From Antedon mediterranea (taxonomy: Eukaryota; Animalia; Echinodermata): a DNA stretch of 64,000 nucleotides. Shown here one piece after another: positions 1-14,000 of this stretch (positions are counted from its first letter, which is position 1; every line of letters starts with the position of its first letter). Location: contig NC_092670.1 in assembly GCF_964355755.1 (NCBI RefSeq), forward strand, positions 17,036,795 through 17,100,794, in the 5' to 3' direction. Under the pieces are notes generated by a model that made no database searches, was not told the origin of the DNA, and saw only the letters and a program-made list of their open reading frames with translations. Both the position numbers and the translations under genes were made by a program.

Positions 1-978
1 AGGACTGTAGGCCTGTTTTTCTTTTTGGTTAATGTTGATCCAATTGAAAGTACTAAAAATAGTACTTATTTACTATTGGATCAACGAAAAAGTAAAAATT
101 CTCTTCTATAATATTATGAAAAAAAAATGAAATTATTTCAAGATTTTAGGCATGTAGGTCTATAGTTTGTGTTTACTAGGCCTACGACACGGAAAGCATG
201 TGTATAATCGTCAGATAGTCGATCATTAGTTGTTGTACATTTCAATTTTAATTTAATACATAATAGCAAAATACATAAAAGAACATTGTGACAGTAATAA
301 TAATAATAGGCCTACAATATAAACAAATAAAATCATTACCATACGGTAATAAGTCGACCCACTGCACCAATGCCAGATATTCTTAGGCCTATTTTATTTT
401 ACCAGGTATCAGCATTTTCTAAAAATAGATATTAGGCCTTCTGACCTAATTTCTATAATTTTTAAATAAATTGTGTTTTGTTTGTAAGTAGGCCAAATAG
501 GCAGTTCAGTGATCAAGCAGGCATTGGCATTATATCGAAAAGATCTGCTGAGCACTAGTGTGCCTTTAGGATAGGCACTGAGTGTAGGAATAACTGCATC
601 TAAAACTAATAATGTTAATTGAAAGTGAAGTGCGTACAATCAAATTGCAGGCAGGATACCTATGTGGGAGGCAGGTTCAATTGTTAAACCCTGATTATAA
701 TCCCTGTATTTTGACAAGTTAAGTTGTGTCGAAAATTAGAAGCAGAAGTAACAATCAAATCAGAAAATCGGATACAAATTAAATAGCAGTTTAATTCATT
801 CGATCCGTCTTGATTGGAATGGGTTATGATTAATAATACGACCAGGGAGGCAATACGAATGTTATTTTTGTGAGATGATCACCTTTTACTATTACATCTG
901 GCTACCAGATGCTACTTCTGCAAAAAAGGTTTTCTAAAGTTTACCATGTGTATAGTTGTAGACCATGTTTCATTTATT

Positions 979-1096
979 AAGCTCTGTCTACACTATCAAA
1001 AATGTGCCCAAATATAGTAGTGATATAACGTCATCATGTTGATGGGCGCATCACATTTTTTTTGTCACATACAATTTTATAGTGTAGACAGAATTT
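979..1096. mobile_element. MITE family 1 copy (TIR aagctctgtctacactatcaaa)
   Basis: TIRs aagctctgtctacactat / atagtgtagacaga; internal cccaaatat(g/a)gtagtgatat. Confidence 0.8.
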
Positions 1097-1665
1097 GGAC
1101 AAAAATAGACTGTTTGTTTGCTATAAAAACACACATTTAAGGGCGTTGTTGATTGGATGGGGGATGTTGGTTCGGAAGGAAGGCCATTGATGTCGATAAG
1201 TGGGAAACTTAACTTGGATTGTTGCATGGTTTTGAAAAGAGGTGATACCATGTTTTGTAATGACTAATAATAATACTAGGCAATATAGAAAGAAACAGTC
1301 GGTTACACTAGATACTATACATGTTAATTATCAATGTGATTTAAGTGTCGATTTTCGACAATTGCAATCATATCCTTGTGTATAAGATCGTATACGTAAC
1401 AGTATAACATATATCGCCTTACTCCACAGTGTTGCGATACCGCTGATACGTTTATTCAATATATAGCGCACTATATTGTCCACGCGCTTCCAATCTTATG
1501 AATATTTATGAAGGAAATTAATTGTAAACAATCTTTCGGTAGAGAATAAAGGGTGTTTATCTAATGATGGCTCTTTTTCCGTATCATTAATTGATCCGAT
1601 TTAAAAACCGTAATCACGATACCCTACACGCGCTTGAGGGTTATGTGAGCTCCAATGCGTCATAA

Positions 1666-1679
1666 GTTTCCATGGCAAC
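1666..1679. promoter_or_regulatory. RFX X-box candidate
   Basis: gtttccatggcaac fits GTTNCCATGGNAAC; tgcgtca just upstream; CpG-containing context. Confidence 0.45.
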
Positions 1680-2651
1680 GGTAGGCGGTTAATACTCCAG
1701 TAATTGTTGGTAGGCAGTTTAGTAATAATATGATTGTTTCATCATTCTTATTTGTAATATAGGAATTCCCCTTTTCTGCAATTGTTGTTACTAATGATTA
1801 TATAAATAAATTGTTGGAAACTTCTGGTCATTGGTCGTAAATACAATATAAATGCACGGTACCATACCGTAGAGTACGGTACTTCACCTGCTTTCACCTT
1901 TATATTTCGCAGTACTTTTAGGCTATTAACGTGATAAACAAAAATAACACATAGATTAATCATAACAAATAATACAAAATTCTTAATTCATTCATCTCAT
2001 CAATGTTCAGATAGGATTCCACAGGTCCTACGTCACTTGTATTGTACAAATTCGGATTTGTATCGTCGCCGCCTTATAGAAGATTTAGATTCCTATATTA
2101 TGATAGGTGGTATTAATAATTTATAAGAATGATAGCGGAACTCGGAAGGAAAAATCATATGAGAAAACCGCAATTCAGACTAAGTTTGTGCTTATGTCAT
2201 ATCAACATGTCCCGTACTTAATGTCATCGACCAGGAGAAGTCCCTGGATCAGGCTAAAATACGATATAAATTATAACGGCCTAAAATATGAGAGATCAGT
2301 CTCATAAATAGATGCGTTATGGGGCCGCCGTATACACGTCGTGAGCGAACTCTATACGCACGTAAATGTCGAGTCACGCTCTTTATGGGACGTGCGGACC
2401 AGTCTATCCAGTATGTTACCGATACATCACATTTATCAAATGAATTATATCAGTGTGTTACAGTAATTTAAAGCGTTATACCGTATCTAGCTAGCCTCAT
2501 TTGTCCTTAATCCCACTGAATTAAGTAAATTATGTTCTTTTAAAATAATATTGTACCGTAACAAATTCGCTGATTGTGGTAAAACAGTCGACTATTGGTA
2601 GAGTCCAGGTTAAGACTGTATAACGATTTCCTAGAAGTTGACTGTTCGTTA

Positions 2652-2763
2652 AGCTTGGTTCCCGACGCCAAGGAGACGGCCCCAGAACAGCCGTTTATGA
2701 TTGGTCAACTCACTTTGATTGCGCCTACGTCGTTGCGATGCGTCCTATAGTGGGAACCAAGCT
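2652..2763. mobile_element. Short MITE (family 2); degenerate relatives near 4730-4790 and 42730-42850
   Basis: TIR agcttggttccc / gggaaccaagct; shared tgattggtcaa and cgttgc motifs. Confidence 0.65.
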
Positions 2764-3874
2764 GTATTCATTGAAAAACACTGTCTGTCTGTAACATCGA
2801 AACTATAGATCCAACCCACGTATGTATAGCCGCTTCGTTTTACGGCCCACTCTCAAGGAAAAATACCAGATTAAATTGGTTATTTTTGGAGAAAAACAAT
2901 TTAATGGCTCTTCCTCTATTAACAATTATTAGTATGGGTGTATGCACAAAACGACCGCCTTTTATGGTAATAAAAATATTGCACCTATTTATATTTTTAC
3001 ATTGTAACAATCGAAAGACGAGAGAACCCTGGAAAATCTAAAAATTATGTTGCTAAACGTATGGACTGATGTGTTGATGAGAGAGTGGGTGGTGTGGGTG
3101 ACGTTCATATGTTATGTTGGTATATACTTAAGCATAAACAAAGTTAATTTGACTCGCATTTATTTGAAAAACACAACAATAGGGCCTATAGAAAAGGACA
3201 TTTCAAAATATAGTTCATAATCACACCCGACATTAGTTATATCTGACAAACATCTCACCCTCCTACCTGCGTGTCCCAGACAACATACCATTGTTAAATT
3301 AAATGTCTAAACCATACGTTATTATAAGTCCCGGGCAGATGGGAAAGGATGCCAAAAAAAGAAGAAAGATATGTGACCCAGAAGCGACGACGGATAAACT
3401 TGTTCAGTGTCTGTCTAGACGCGTATTACCACCTGCTTTATAAGATTTTTCTTTGCACCCTCCCGTGGACGTGATACTTTACACTGCCTGGATAAATAGA
3501 TTTACTAAACTGTATGTCTGTATTCCTCACTATAGGCTTATTGTACCGTCTACAGGTAACGCTAAACCGTAATTAATGACAATTCTTTTACCGAATAATT
3601 TATATCGCACTTCATTTTACTGATTGTTTTAATATAAACATATACAATGCTTGTACAGACACTAAAAGTTTGTTAGGCCAAAATAAAAGAGGGCGCTCTG
3701 TAATAGATGAAAGACTATTGTTTCATTAAATTGTTTTATTGTCTTAATTCCACAAAGATATCGTGGATATAATGTTCCATTACTAATTCTTCCATGATTT
3801 TCATAGACTTAAATTTGCCTAATAGTGTACATCCAGATTATTGTTGTGTATGTGTGAATCGGTCAGTACTACCG

Positions 3875-4174
3875 GGTGTGTGACGCTGTCTGAGTTGGCC
3901 TTTAGACTACTGATCGTGAGATCGCGGTTCGAATCCAACTCTGCCACATTGCGTATATCCTTAAGCAAGATACTTTACTTACAGTTGCCTCTCTCCACCC
4001 AGGTGTATAAATGGGTACCCGGTTAGATCAAGACACAACTTTGCACTGATTACTAGCTGCATTATGGGAGTTATGTTTCCATACGTGTTTGATGCAAAAA
4101 TGACCGGGGTAAATGTTCAGCGCTTAGAGGTTTCACAACATTAGGCGCTATATAAATCCAGGATATTATTATTA
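3875..4174 (+). mobile_element. tRNA-headed CORE/MIR-like SINE with L2-like 3' tail
   Basis: B-box ggttcgaatcc; core tccttaagcaagatactttac...tgcctctctccacccaggtgtataaatgggtacc; tail agcgcttagag...aggcgctatataaat...(tat)n. Confidence 0.75.
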
Positions 4175-6022
4175 CCGACCGAACATTCTGATGAATGTAA
4201 CTAATGTAATGGCGTTATGTAACATAGGCTAGCAGAAATGTTATAACCTCACATTGTCAGATATTGTCGTATAACACTGAAAATGTAATACCCGTGATAG
4301 GTAATTGTTCATATATCCCAAACATCAGGGATCCACCAAAGCGCCCGACTTAACGAATTCTTTGACGTCGAGACATAAGTCGTGTAAATTAACTATGAAA
4401 ATAGAACAATTTTGAACTGTACCGTATGCATTCCATGTTGGCGCAAGTTATACAATGTCTAGACTCTTCTTAAAACAAATTGTACTTTAACTCATTCAAC
4501 TAAACCCAGACGAATTTAATTGTAAAGTTGTATTGTTATTAAATATATTTTACTCTGGGAATGCGAGTGATAAAGCTATTTTAATTTAGACATGGACCTA
4601 TATCTCGAGTCTCTCACAGTTCCTGAATTCTTGCTTTATGTTGTGTATATGTTAATACTCAAAAACACGGCAATTTGTGTAGCCCCTATCGAATATACAC
4701 CGATACCTCTAATCGAAATAGTTCTGCGTTGGTTCCACCCATGATTGAACGCAAGAAGTACGCACAACGCATGAGTTTGACCAATCATCCGACCTTAGTT
4801 AACGAACGTGAGAATGGTCAGCCTTGGACGACAAATTAAGATTTTAGAAATGTCATTAAAAAAAAACACAATAACGAAAACTGGCGATTAAATTCATCTA
4901 GCAGTGTATAAGATTTAAGAAGTTTTGTTTTGTAAAGATATTATTTCTTATGACATACCAAGAGGAATAAGACGTTGGTTTTGCCGCAGGTATAGGCTGC
5001 TATACATCATTGTGTATGGCTTAACGTCAATGCTCTAGCCTTAACCTTGGTGTTTTCTAATGGATAAGAGCTATATGTCAATGCTGTAGTACGCAAAGAA
5101 AGTACGAGAAACCAATGACGTCCTTCACAATTATTGTTTTCTAATGTCGTGAAAAATGTAAGACTACAAGTTTTAATCGGATTGGTTTGCAATGATCTTA
5201 ATCTGACAGAACGTACACCTGAGTATTAACATTTCTGAGAAAATCTGATAGGAAATTAGAAATAAACACACACCAATAAAATGTACCGTAGTTAAATGTC
5301 CTCTACGAAACCCAGTGACAAAATATATTAGGGAAGTGGTACGGTGTATTTCCGATTTCATCGATATCGATTTATGTAGCTGATTTTACATCCGATATCA
5401 TTTTCCATGAACCTCAAAACTCATATCCTTCGATAAGTGACGAGGAAAACAGTCAAATGATATTTAAATTGTAAAAATGCATCAATGGTTAAAAGAAGCC
5501 ACATAATGTAAAGGATAGGTCTAAGTCGAATGCACAATACAATCTATAAAAAAAACACCACATTATTATAGAGCATTCGGCAGAAATCGTCGAAAACTCA
5601 TTATGATCAATACATCAGTACCGATAATACTAAATTATCATTTTCCATACAATAAAGGATCAAACAAGAAATACAATGATGTAGTTATTATCTATATAAT
5701 ATTTATTGAAACTACACTTTTACAACGGTGGCACACGTTTATATACACGGTGAGTTCTTATAAAATAGACAACAAACAGATACAAAAATAATAATCGATC
5801 GCTGTCGGTCACTGAGATATTCAAATTACAAAAATTAAGCAGTTAATAACTACGAATAATAATTGGCAAAATAGTAATACTGAAGAACTGAAAATAATAA
5901 TAAATAGGCCTAAAAATAATTGAAAACAACAACTGAGAAGAATACACAAAACATGTACGTATATATTACCTGTCAACAATCGTTGTTCGCGTATATTATT
6001 AGTTATCACTATTTGGCGGAAC

Positions 6023-6336
6023 GTATTGTCCCCTGAAAACATGAAAAATGAAGATTAATAAAATCAGACTTTGAATAGGTCAAATAGTTTAACAAAATGA
6101 ATCAATTAATTAACAAACGTAAAACCCGAAAAATGATATATTCTTTAATAAAATGACAAAAGAAACGGTTAAATTCAACCAAAAACCAGCCAATTTGACT
6201 ATTTTTTGCTTTAAATTACAGTTTTCAGGTAAAATATTGTTTTTCGATCCAATTTTTGGTAAAAGTGATTAACTATTATGTGACATTAAAATGGTATATT
6301 CAACAACAACAAATATTTTTTTCAGGGGGACAATAC
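6023..6336. mobile_element. TIR element (family 3); internal fragment recurs at ~63570-63632
   Basis: gtattgtcccctgaaaa / ttttcagggggacaatac; gatccaat..ttggtaaaagtgat...tatgtgacattaaaa shared. Confidence 0.65.
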
Positions 6337-7710
6337 AGTACATCTTTCAGCAGTTTTATTTAACATGATTCCCATAGATAATTTATCGCACAATTCTAAT
6401 CACCGTGGGCATCTGTTTCTACCAGCCTTTAGGCTTTTCTTTAATCGTGATGGTTTTGATTTTGAGACATGAATTACGTCATACCCAGGTTACTTTACTA
6501 TATATCAATCCTGGCCTGTCGGTCAGGACCCAGCACCTCACCAAACACCCGTTGTGATACCGCTAGTCGCTCCCACTACCAAATTACCTGCGCGGCTTGG
6601 ATGCTATAATAAATATTACTGCCGAGGCAAATTTGCCGAGTTAATGGATGTAAAACTCATCATTGTTGTTCCCCTAGACATAACTTGAACTTGATAATGT
6701 CTGGGTTTTATGATCATCCCGACCCTGCTCCGTCTTCCCTGCAGCGTTCTCTACGTGGTGGTACCTGGAAAACCCATCCAATGCAATTGTAATGTTTGTA
6801 AAAGTCAAATAACAAATGTCTGTGTTTGTAATTTTTATTTTGTTGAAGATCAATTAGGTGTAATTTGTAACCATGCTTTGTCTGCTGGGCTTTGTTAAAA
6901 ACGAATAAGGTGGAAACTGTTCCTAAAAATCTTAGGCCTATATGGAATAAGTAATGTATGTTTTAAATAAATATGAATGATAAATAAGTAATAAGTTTAA
7001 CAACACTGAATACGTTTTTCATTTCATCTCATTACTCGAATTCAAAACAATAGGCCTAACATTAAAAACAGTACAGGAATGAATTCAGGGTAGCAAACTA
7101 GTAACCATATATCAAACTTTTTTTCCATTTAAGGGGATTGCTGACAACATCTCCTTCTTCTTCTCCTCTGTGTGATGTGCCACTATGGTGATCTACCAGA
7201 ACTCAATGATTTTTTGTGTAACAAATTATTCTTGATTCTGTGTCAGAGGTTTAATTTTTACTAGACTCGGAAGTAGTCTTAGGTCTTCATTCAGGACGCT
7301 TGACCACCTATTCTGGTCAACAAACTCTCAATGGTCCATATAATATCACCACCTATTGTAATTTTATAACTACTTGGTTTTTATTACTATTAATTATCAT
7401 AATGAAAGCGATCGGCTACTGTTTGTGAGTAATCTTGTGCCGAATACGTCGTCGGCCGAACGGAACCGACAACGAAGACGCCAATTCCTTGGCGTATTAT
7501 GTATCGTGTCTGAATCGAATTAAAATTTAATATTTTATTGACTTTATTATAAAGTTTCTAATAGATATTCCCTTTACGACATATATTATCCAAAATACGA
7601 CAACTTTATAACCTTGTTTTTTGTTTTGTAAATTTAAGTTAACCACAAAATTCTTTTTTTTTCTTTCACCGTATTTTTATATTTTTCTTTGAAGATATTA
7701 CTGAGTACTG

Positions 7711-7727
7711 CTCAGAGGGGGCGCTAG
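7711..7727 (+). promoter_or_regulatory. CTCF-like motif in the LMF1 promoter
   Basis: ctcagagggggcgctag ~110 bp upstream of the ATG, followed by a GC-rich patch and (ct)n. Confidence 0.45.
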
Positions 7728-7837
7728 ACATGTTTCTTAAATTTGTTTCTGTTTATTTGTTGTCGAGTCGGGAGTCTCCCCGGCGGCCGGCCTAGCTGCT
7801 AGCTCTCTCTCTCTCTCCCAGCTTCGGTGACCAAAAT

Positions 7838-8042
7838 ATGGAGGGTACGGCGTCCGTGCGACAACGGCCGAGGCCTAGCCACAAAGTTCGATCTGAAAAC
7901 AACTCGGAGAATAAAGAAAAACATGATAAAAAAGAAAATAAATTCACAAAGACTATATCTAATAATACAAACATTGAATTGAAGTCTGGTACTTATTGGT
8001 TAACCCGCATCGTATTTCTCCGTTTCCAGGCCTTCATTTATT
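7838..8042 (+). CDS. LMF1: LMF1 exon 1
   Basis: ATG at 7838; encodes ...LKSGTYWLTRIVFLRFQAFIY; donor gtaagt at 8043 (phase 1). Confidence 0.9.
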
Positions 8043-11000
8043 GTAAGTTATTATGTATCACACAGGAATCAATTGACTTTTCTCCCCGTAACTAATAATT
8101 TGTGAGAGGAAAGGAAGTGATCATTAGGTCTATATGATTGGATTATTTTTATAAGAAAACTGAAAGAAACAAACTATAATAAATTAGTACTTATTTTTCA
8201 GGTGGTTGGTGGGAGAAGGGGTGGCAGCAGGGGTTAGGATAGGAGGAGGGAAGTAGTTGGGGTGGGGGTTTGTTTGTGTACTACTACTACTAGGCCTAGA
8301 CTCAGAGGATACAGTAAAGTTGGCAGTTAATTCTTTCCATTCAGAAATCTTTGCTATGAACTGAGATACATAACATTTTAGTTGGTTCTTTATTTACTCA
8401 CTTACTTTTGCAGTTGTTGCATACCTAGTTGCATTGCATCAAAACAAAGAACTCATCGGCAGTAAGGGACTCTTACCGGCAAATTTATACTTAAAGCGCA
8501 TCAATGATCATGTGAACGGAAACATCTGGCAGGGGTTGAACTTTGGTCCAACATTACTATGGTTTACAGACCTGAAGGAAGTTGACTACTGGTTGGATGC
8601 CATCGCATACAGTGGACTGATGTTGTCTGGTTTTGTCATCATCACTGGATGTTGTAATATGATCATTATGGCTGCCTTATGGATCCTTTACCATTCACTG
8701 GTAAATGTTGGACAACGATGGTAAGTAAGTTTATATGCTGGTTTTTTACACCATTATATTTCTTTTACAGCAATTGACATTTGAATGGACTCTTTACTTA
8801 CATTATTTTTGTTTCCTTTTTTTTTGTTTAGGTATGGTTTTGGTAAGTTTACATTCTATTACAAACTAAATTATTTAACAATGATCGATTAGCTTACTAA
8901 TGTGGAAAGCATTGTCATTGAGTACTGTAATTCTTTTTTTTTTAGGATGGGAGTCCCAGCTGTTGGAGTGTGGATTTCTTGCAATATTTATGTGTCCATT
9001 GTTCACGCTAAAGCAGGTTCCGAGAAACACCCCTACACCTGTAGTAACTTTGTTTGGATTTCGTTGGCTTATATTTCGCATTATGATTGGAGCTGTAAGT
9101 TTTGTTTGTTTGTTTGTTTATTGATTTTTCACAAATAATAATATATAAAATATTTCTTTATAGATTTTTAAGTATAAATTAGTAAGTACTAATATTAAAT
9201 TTTACTTGAAATGCTGTACAATTTTTGAAACATCTAAAATATTTAATATTTTGAATTTTCTAAAACCATTTTCTTGACACAAAAATGCACGTTTGTTGCA
9301 AATTGCACTACAGATTTTTGAAATATATTTCAGACAGTTCTTTGATAAACTGTTAACATTTGGTTGAAGGAGTTGACATATTTTTTTTACTCTGTAGGGA
9401 CTAATCAAGATTCGTGGTGATCAGTGCTGGAGGGATCTTACTTGTATGAATTACCATTATGAAGTAAGATTACTCATATAATGTGAACCCACCTCAAATT
9501 TATAATAGGAAGGTTTGATTTGCGGTGTGCAAAACCATTGTACCCATGCATGGACATGGGATGTGCTTCCACACTCCTCCTCATGGCAGATTCTAGGTCC
9601 AGACAACCAGACCAGACCAATAGACATAGGTCCTACAGTAGGTTGTCGCAGAACAAAAGCTTCCTAACAATTTTAGAGGATTATTATTGTGACTTTTAAG
9701 AAACCATATTTTCTGAAAACTGTATTCGAAACCAGAATTGTTACAGTTCAAAAAGTTTTAAATTCTTTTCTTCTATTCATGCAAAATACATATACATCTG
9801 ACTCTTCCAAAAAAACAAACAAATTGGTCCAAATCATGGTTCTTCAGTGTCTGTCTACACTATCAAACTAGTTTGACAAAAACAGTGTGATTTGCCCAAA
9901 TATGGTAGTGATATGCTTAAATATGGTAGTGATATGACATCATGTCCATATATGGGCACATCACATTTTTTGTCACATAAAGTTTGATAGTGTAGACAGA
10001 GCTTTAGGAAAGTTGACTGAAAAAAAATCATTTTGATCAAATATGCAGTTTAGTAGCATCAATGATGAAAATAATAGCAAAAAGTAATGTTGAAAATACT
10101 TGTTTTTGAAGTTGAAGTTTTCTATGTTGCCTGTGTGATTTATCACTCATTTTTGTAAAAAAATATGACTTTTATACTTAGTTAAATAATCTAGCATTGA
10201 AATGTGGTGAAGCATATAGCATTTCTACATTATTTATGATAGCAACTTTCATAGAGAAAGTAGGTCTTAGTGTTGTTGCAATGTTGATGTGATTATATTA
10301 CCGCTATTCTGTCATTGCCGTTTACTAAAGATAAAAACTAAATATTGATCGTGTTTTTGTAGACAAAGTTTATATGAAATCATAGTATTAGTAGAATGTT
10401 GGCAGATACATTTTAAAATACAATCTTTGACTTGAAAGAATAAATCAGATTATCTCATCTCGTCATAAAATACCAGTTAGGTTTGTCAGTTTTACAAATG
10501 TTTGTATCTAAATTTTTTGTGTTTTTTATAGACACAACCAGTTCCTAATCCCATTAGCTACTATCTGCATCAATGCCCAACTTGGATGCATCAATTTGAA
10601 ACAGCATCAAATCATTTTATTGAACTAGTTGTTCCCTGGTTGCTAATTATTCCTTGGAAACCAACACTGATGATAGGTGGCACTATTCAAATTTTATTTC
10701 AGGTATGTGCTATAGTCTTAAGAGATTCTAAACATTTAAAGCAATTAAAATTAAAATACAATGAACGTTTATGAGTTAATGCGGAGGATATTCTTATGAG
10801 TTGATTAAAGAGAAGAAGTAGAGCTTAGTTGATGGGACCTTCAGATTGGATGTAAAGCCATTGGTCCTGTGTAGTGCATATAGTGCATGTTAAAGAAATT
10901 GATACACTTTTTGAAAAGAGTAAGGGATTGTCTCTCGGTGTGCTGATCTGGTGGGCACTGGCTGCCATGTGTCTGTGGAGTGCCTCATCCGAATTTCCGC

Positions 11001-14000
11001 ACTTGAGGACCAGAATAAACACCTTTGCCTTTATACCTTTTTAACTGTCCGTCTGTCTGCCTTTCAACAAATGAAAATATTCAAATTAAATGAATAGACC
11101 AAATTATCTTGTTCTGAAAATAAACTTTTATTAAATTAATCAGCCGTTTTCTACCTTGATATGAATGTCAAAGGATATGCCATGCATTTAAATTTTGCAA
11201 TCAGAAATTGATACACTTTCACTTTTCAGTATATATATATATATCATTATTGCATAAAAAGTTAATATGTTATGTTATATAAAGGTATTAATCCAAAAAA
11301 GAAAATGGAAATAAACACAATTTCATTCTCTTCACAGATAGTTTTGATAACAAGTGGCAATCTGAGCTTTCTTAATTGGTTGACTATATTGCCGTGTATA
11401 TGCTTCTTTGATGATACATTCTTCGCCAAGTTTTTTGCCAATAATCCAAAGGGAGCCAAAGCATACGTGAAGCAAATACAGACAGAATCAAATGAAAGGC
11501 ATGTTCATCAAGGTATTATATGTTGTAGTTTGTGCTGGTAGCCCTTTTACTGTTTGCAGTCTTTTTTCCCCATTGCTCACATTAATTGGACACTGAACTT
11601 GTCTGGCTGCGACAAATACCAACTATGTACATATTCCCCATGGCGCGGTGTCTCTTAAAGAGAAACTGTTTTGTTAAGATACATACATCCGTTGCTTTCT
11701 TTTGCTTTGGTTTATCAAGGTAAAATTAAAATGTTAGAGTTTGTGCTGGTAGCCTTTTTACTGTTTGCAGTCTTTTTTCCCCATTGCTCACATTCATTGT
11801 GTTGTTAGACCAAGGTAATCTAACAACAGGACACTGAACTCGGGTTGCCAAGATAGGAACTCGTAAAAGTCCTTTAATCTTATGTCTGGGTGCGACAAAT
11901 ACCAACAGTACTGTACTGTATATATTCTCCATGGCGGTGTCTGTTGAAGGGGTGTGGAACTGATCGTGTCGCAGCCACAGATAAACCCTTTGATCTCCGT
12001 AGCTCAGCATCATGTTGTTAGATTGCTTTGGTTAGAGTTAAACTGTCTAGTTAAGATACATACATTTGTTATCTGCACCTTTTGCTTTTGAAGAATAATA
12101 AAAGAATGCTTTAAGATAATTAACCCTAGCCTTAGTGGAGGTCATGTAATTGTGTCCACCTGAGAAATAATTTTTCGTTGAGCATTCAATAGAAATACAT
12201 TTGGGTAGCGCAAACCACCGGACTGAAGCAGTTTCCTGAAAAAAATAGTTTGTAGTATTAGTTAAGCATTAACACCATTTAAGATATCTCATTACTAAAA
12301 GCATATGTTTGTTGCATTTTTTTTATACTTGTATTCAAAGAATTTTTAGTCGTTTATTAAATTTATCAAGGTTGTCCGTGTGAATGGCCATTTAATACTT
12401 AACAAATATGGTGAATAGAACAGACAACCATCTTGTAAGATTTGATTTGAATAATTTGAGGAATAGTTTGAATAACTAGAAGGATTTCAAAGAAATTCAT
12501 GAGACCGACATTTGAGACCATTAATATTGTTTCTGAATAGTAGAGATAACTTTGAAAAATTGAAAGTTAAAATAAAAAATAAAATTGTTTATATGAAAAA
12601 ACCAAGTAAAATTTTACAGTGTATATATAAGAACTTACAAGCATGTTGTTGCCCAGTATCATAGCAAATTCTGTAAAACAGTGTCACACATCTATCACAT
12701 GTTGTACCTCTCTAATGGAATGTTGATGATTACAGTAGTTTAGGCCTATGGTAAGACATGTGATGGTGTATCACACAATTTGCCAATGATACTGTACAAA
12801 TTAAAGATACTGTTACCAATAATTGTTTTCTATCTTTACAGGTCAATACATTCGCAGCGTGCTACACATTGCCCTCGCTGCCTTAATCACTTACCTCAGT
12901 ATACCGGTTGTTAAGAACCTGTTATCTCAGAGGCAAGCTATGAATACGTCTTTTGACCCACTGCGTATTGTCAACACTTATGGAGCTTTTGGAAGGTGAA
13001 CAGTTTTGGTTAACTTTTGATCAAATAAATGTAATATCTATATTTCTTATCTCATTCTTAGCACAGATAACTGTGTCCGTACAGCTGATGAGATTTCTCC
13101 ATGCCTGGCAATCCTGTGCCAACAGCAACACTGTCCATTCATTTTGTCTTTTGCCTTCCTCGCGATCGTTTACTTTGCATAGCTCCCATTAAAATATCTT
13201 GCTCTAGTGCCCAGTGTCTGGTGATATGTCCAAAGTATTGTTATCTCATACAGTAAATAATTAACAATAATACACCAAGTAAAGTGGACAAAGTCTGCAC
13301 AGACATAGAATATTAACTTTTTTGAGATTCACTCACTTTTATTTTATTCTTCACAATTGTTACAATAATCTATATCAATTTTGTTTCATTAGAAAACTAT
13401 CTCTGCAGCTTAAAGTTTTGTTTTTGTTTTTCTTATTTTGAGTATTTTACATATATAAAAAGTTAAAGCATTTAAAAAATAGACAAAAGTTATATAAAAT
13501 ATGCATCACATACTATAGGTTCACAATTGCCATTACAACATCACAAAATAAAATACACTGTAACACATAGGCCCTGTTTCTGCTGCCAATCCCAAATATA
13601 CCGTATAAATATACCGTATAAATATACCGTATATATACCGTATATGAAATTCGTGCACCGTTTCCGCTGCACATACTTCGTGGGTGGGCTGTAAAAAAAG
13701 TTGGCTTTCATATACCCAAAATGCATTTTGTGAGACGGAAGTATGGATTGACCTAGAGTCTCGTGTAGTGAGGTTACATGACAAAAACAAAACAATGATG
13801 GTTTCTCAAAACGTCTTAGCATTGCTTTCTATTTTAAATCTAATGATCAGAAGTGGCAACGAATTTACATCGCACAAACAATCTAGAAATGTAGAATGGG
13901 CATTGACTACATTTATGCAAAGAAGACGACGGCGTTTGCCGAGAACTTTGGCGTTATTAAGTCTACCACAAATTCTGCTTTTATTTTGTTTGAGATACTT

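Noticed and set aside
883-1251. Possible minus-strand exons (1051-1251 ORF; 35-nt AG/GT-bounded segment 917-883)
   Set aside because: The small segment has stops in all three frames, the ORF runs into a MITE, and no homology was recognised
3875-3945. tRNA gene
   Set aside because: B-box present but no convincing cloverleaf; continues into a SINE core and tail
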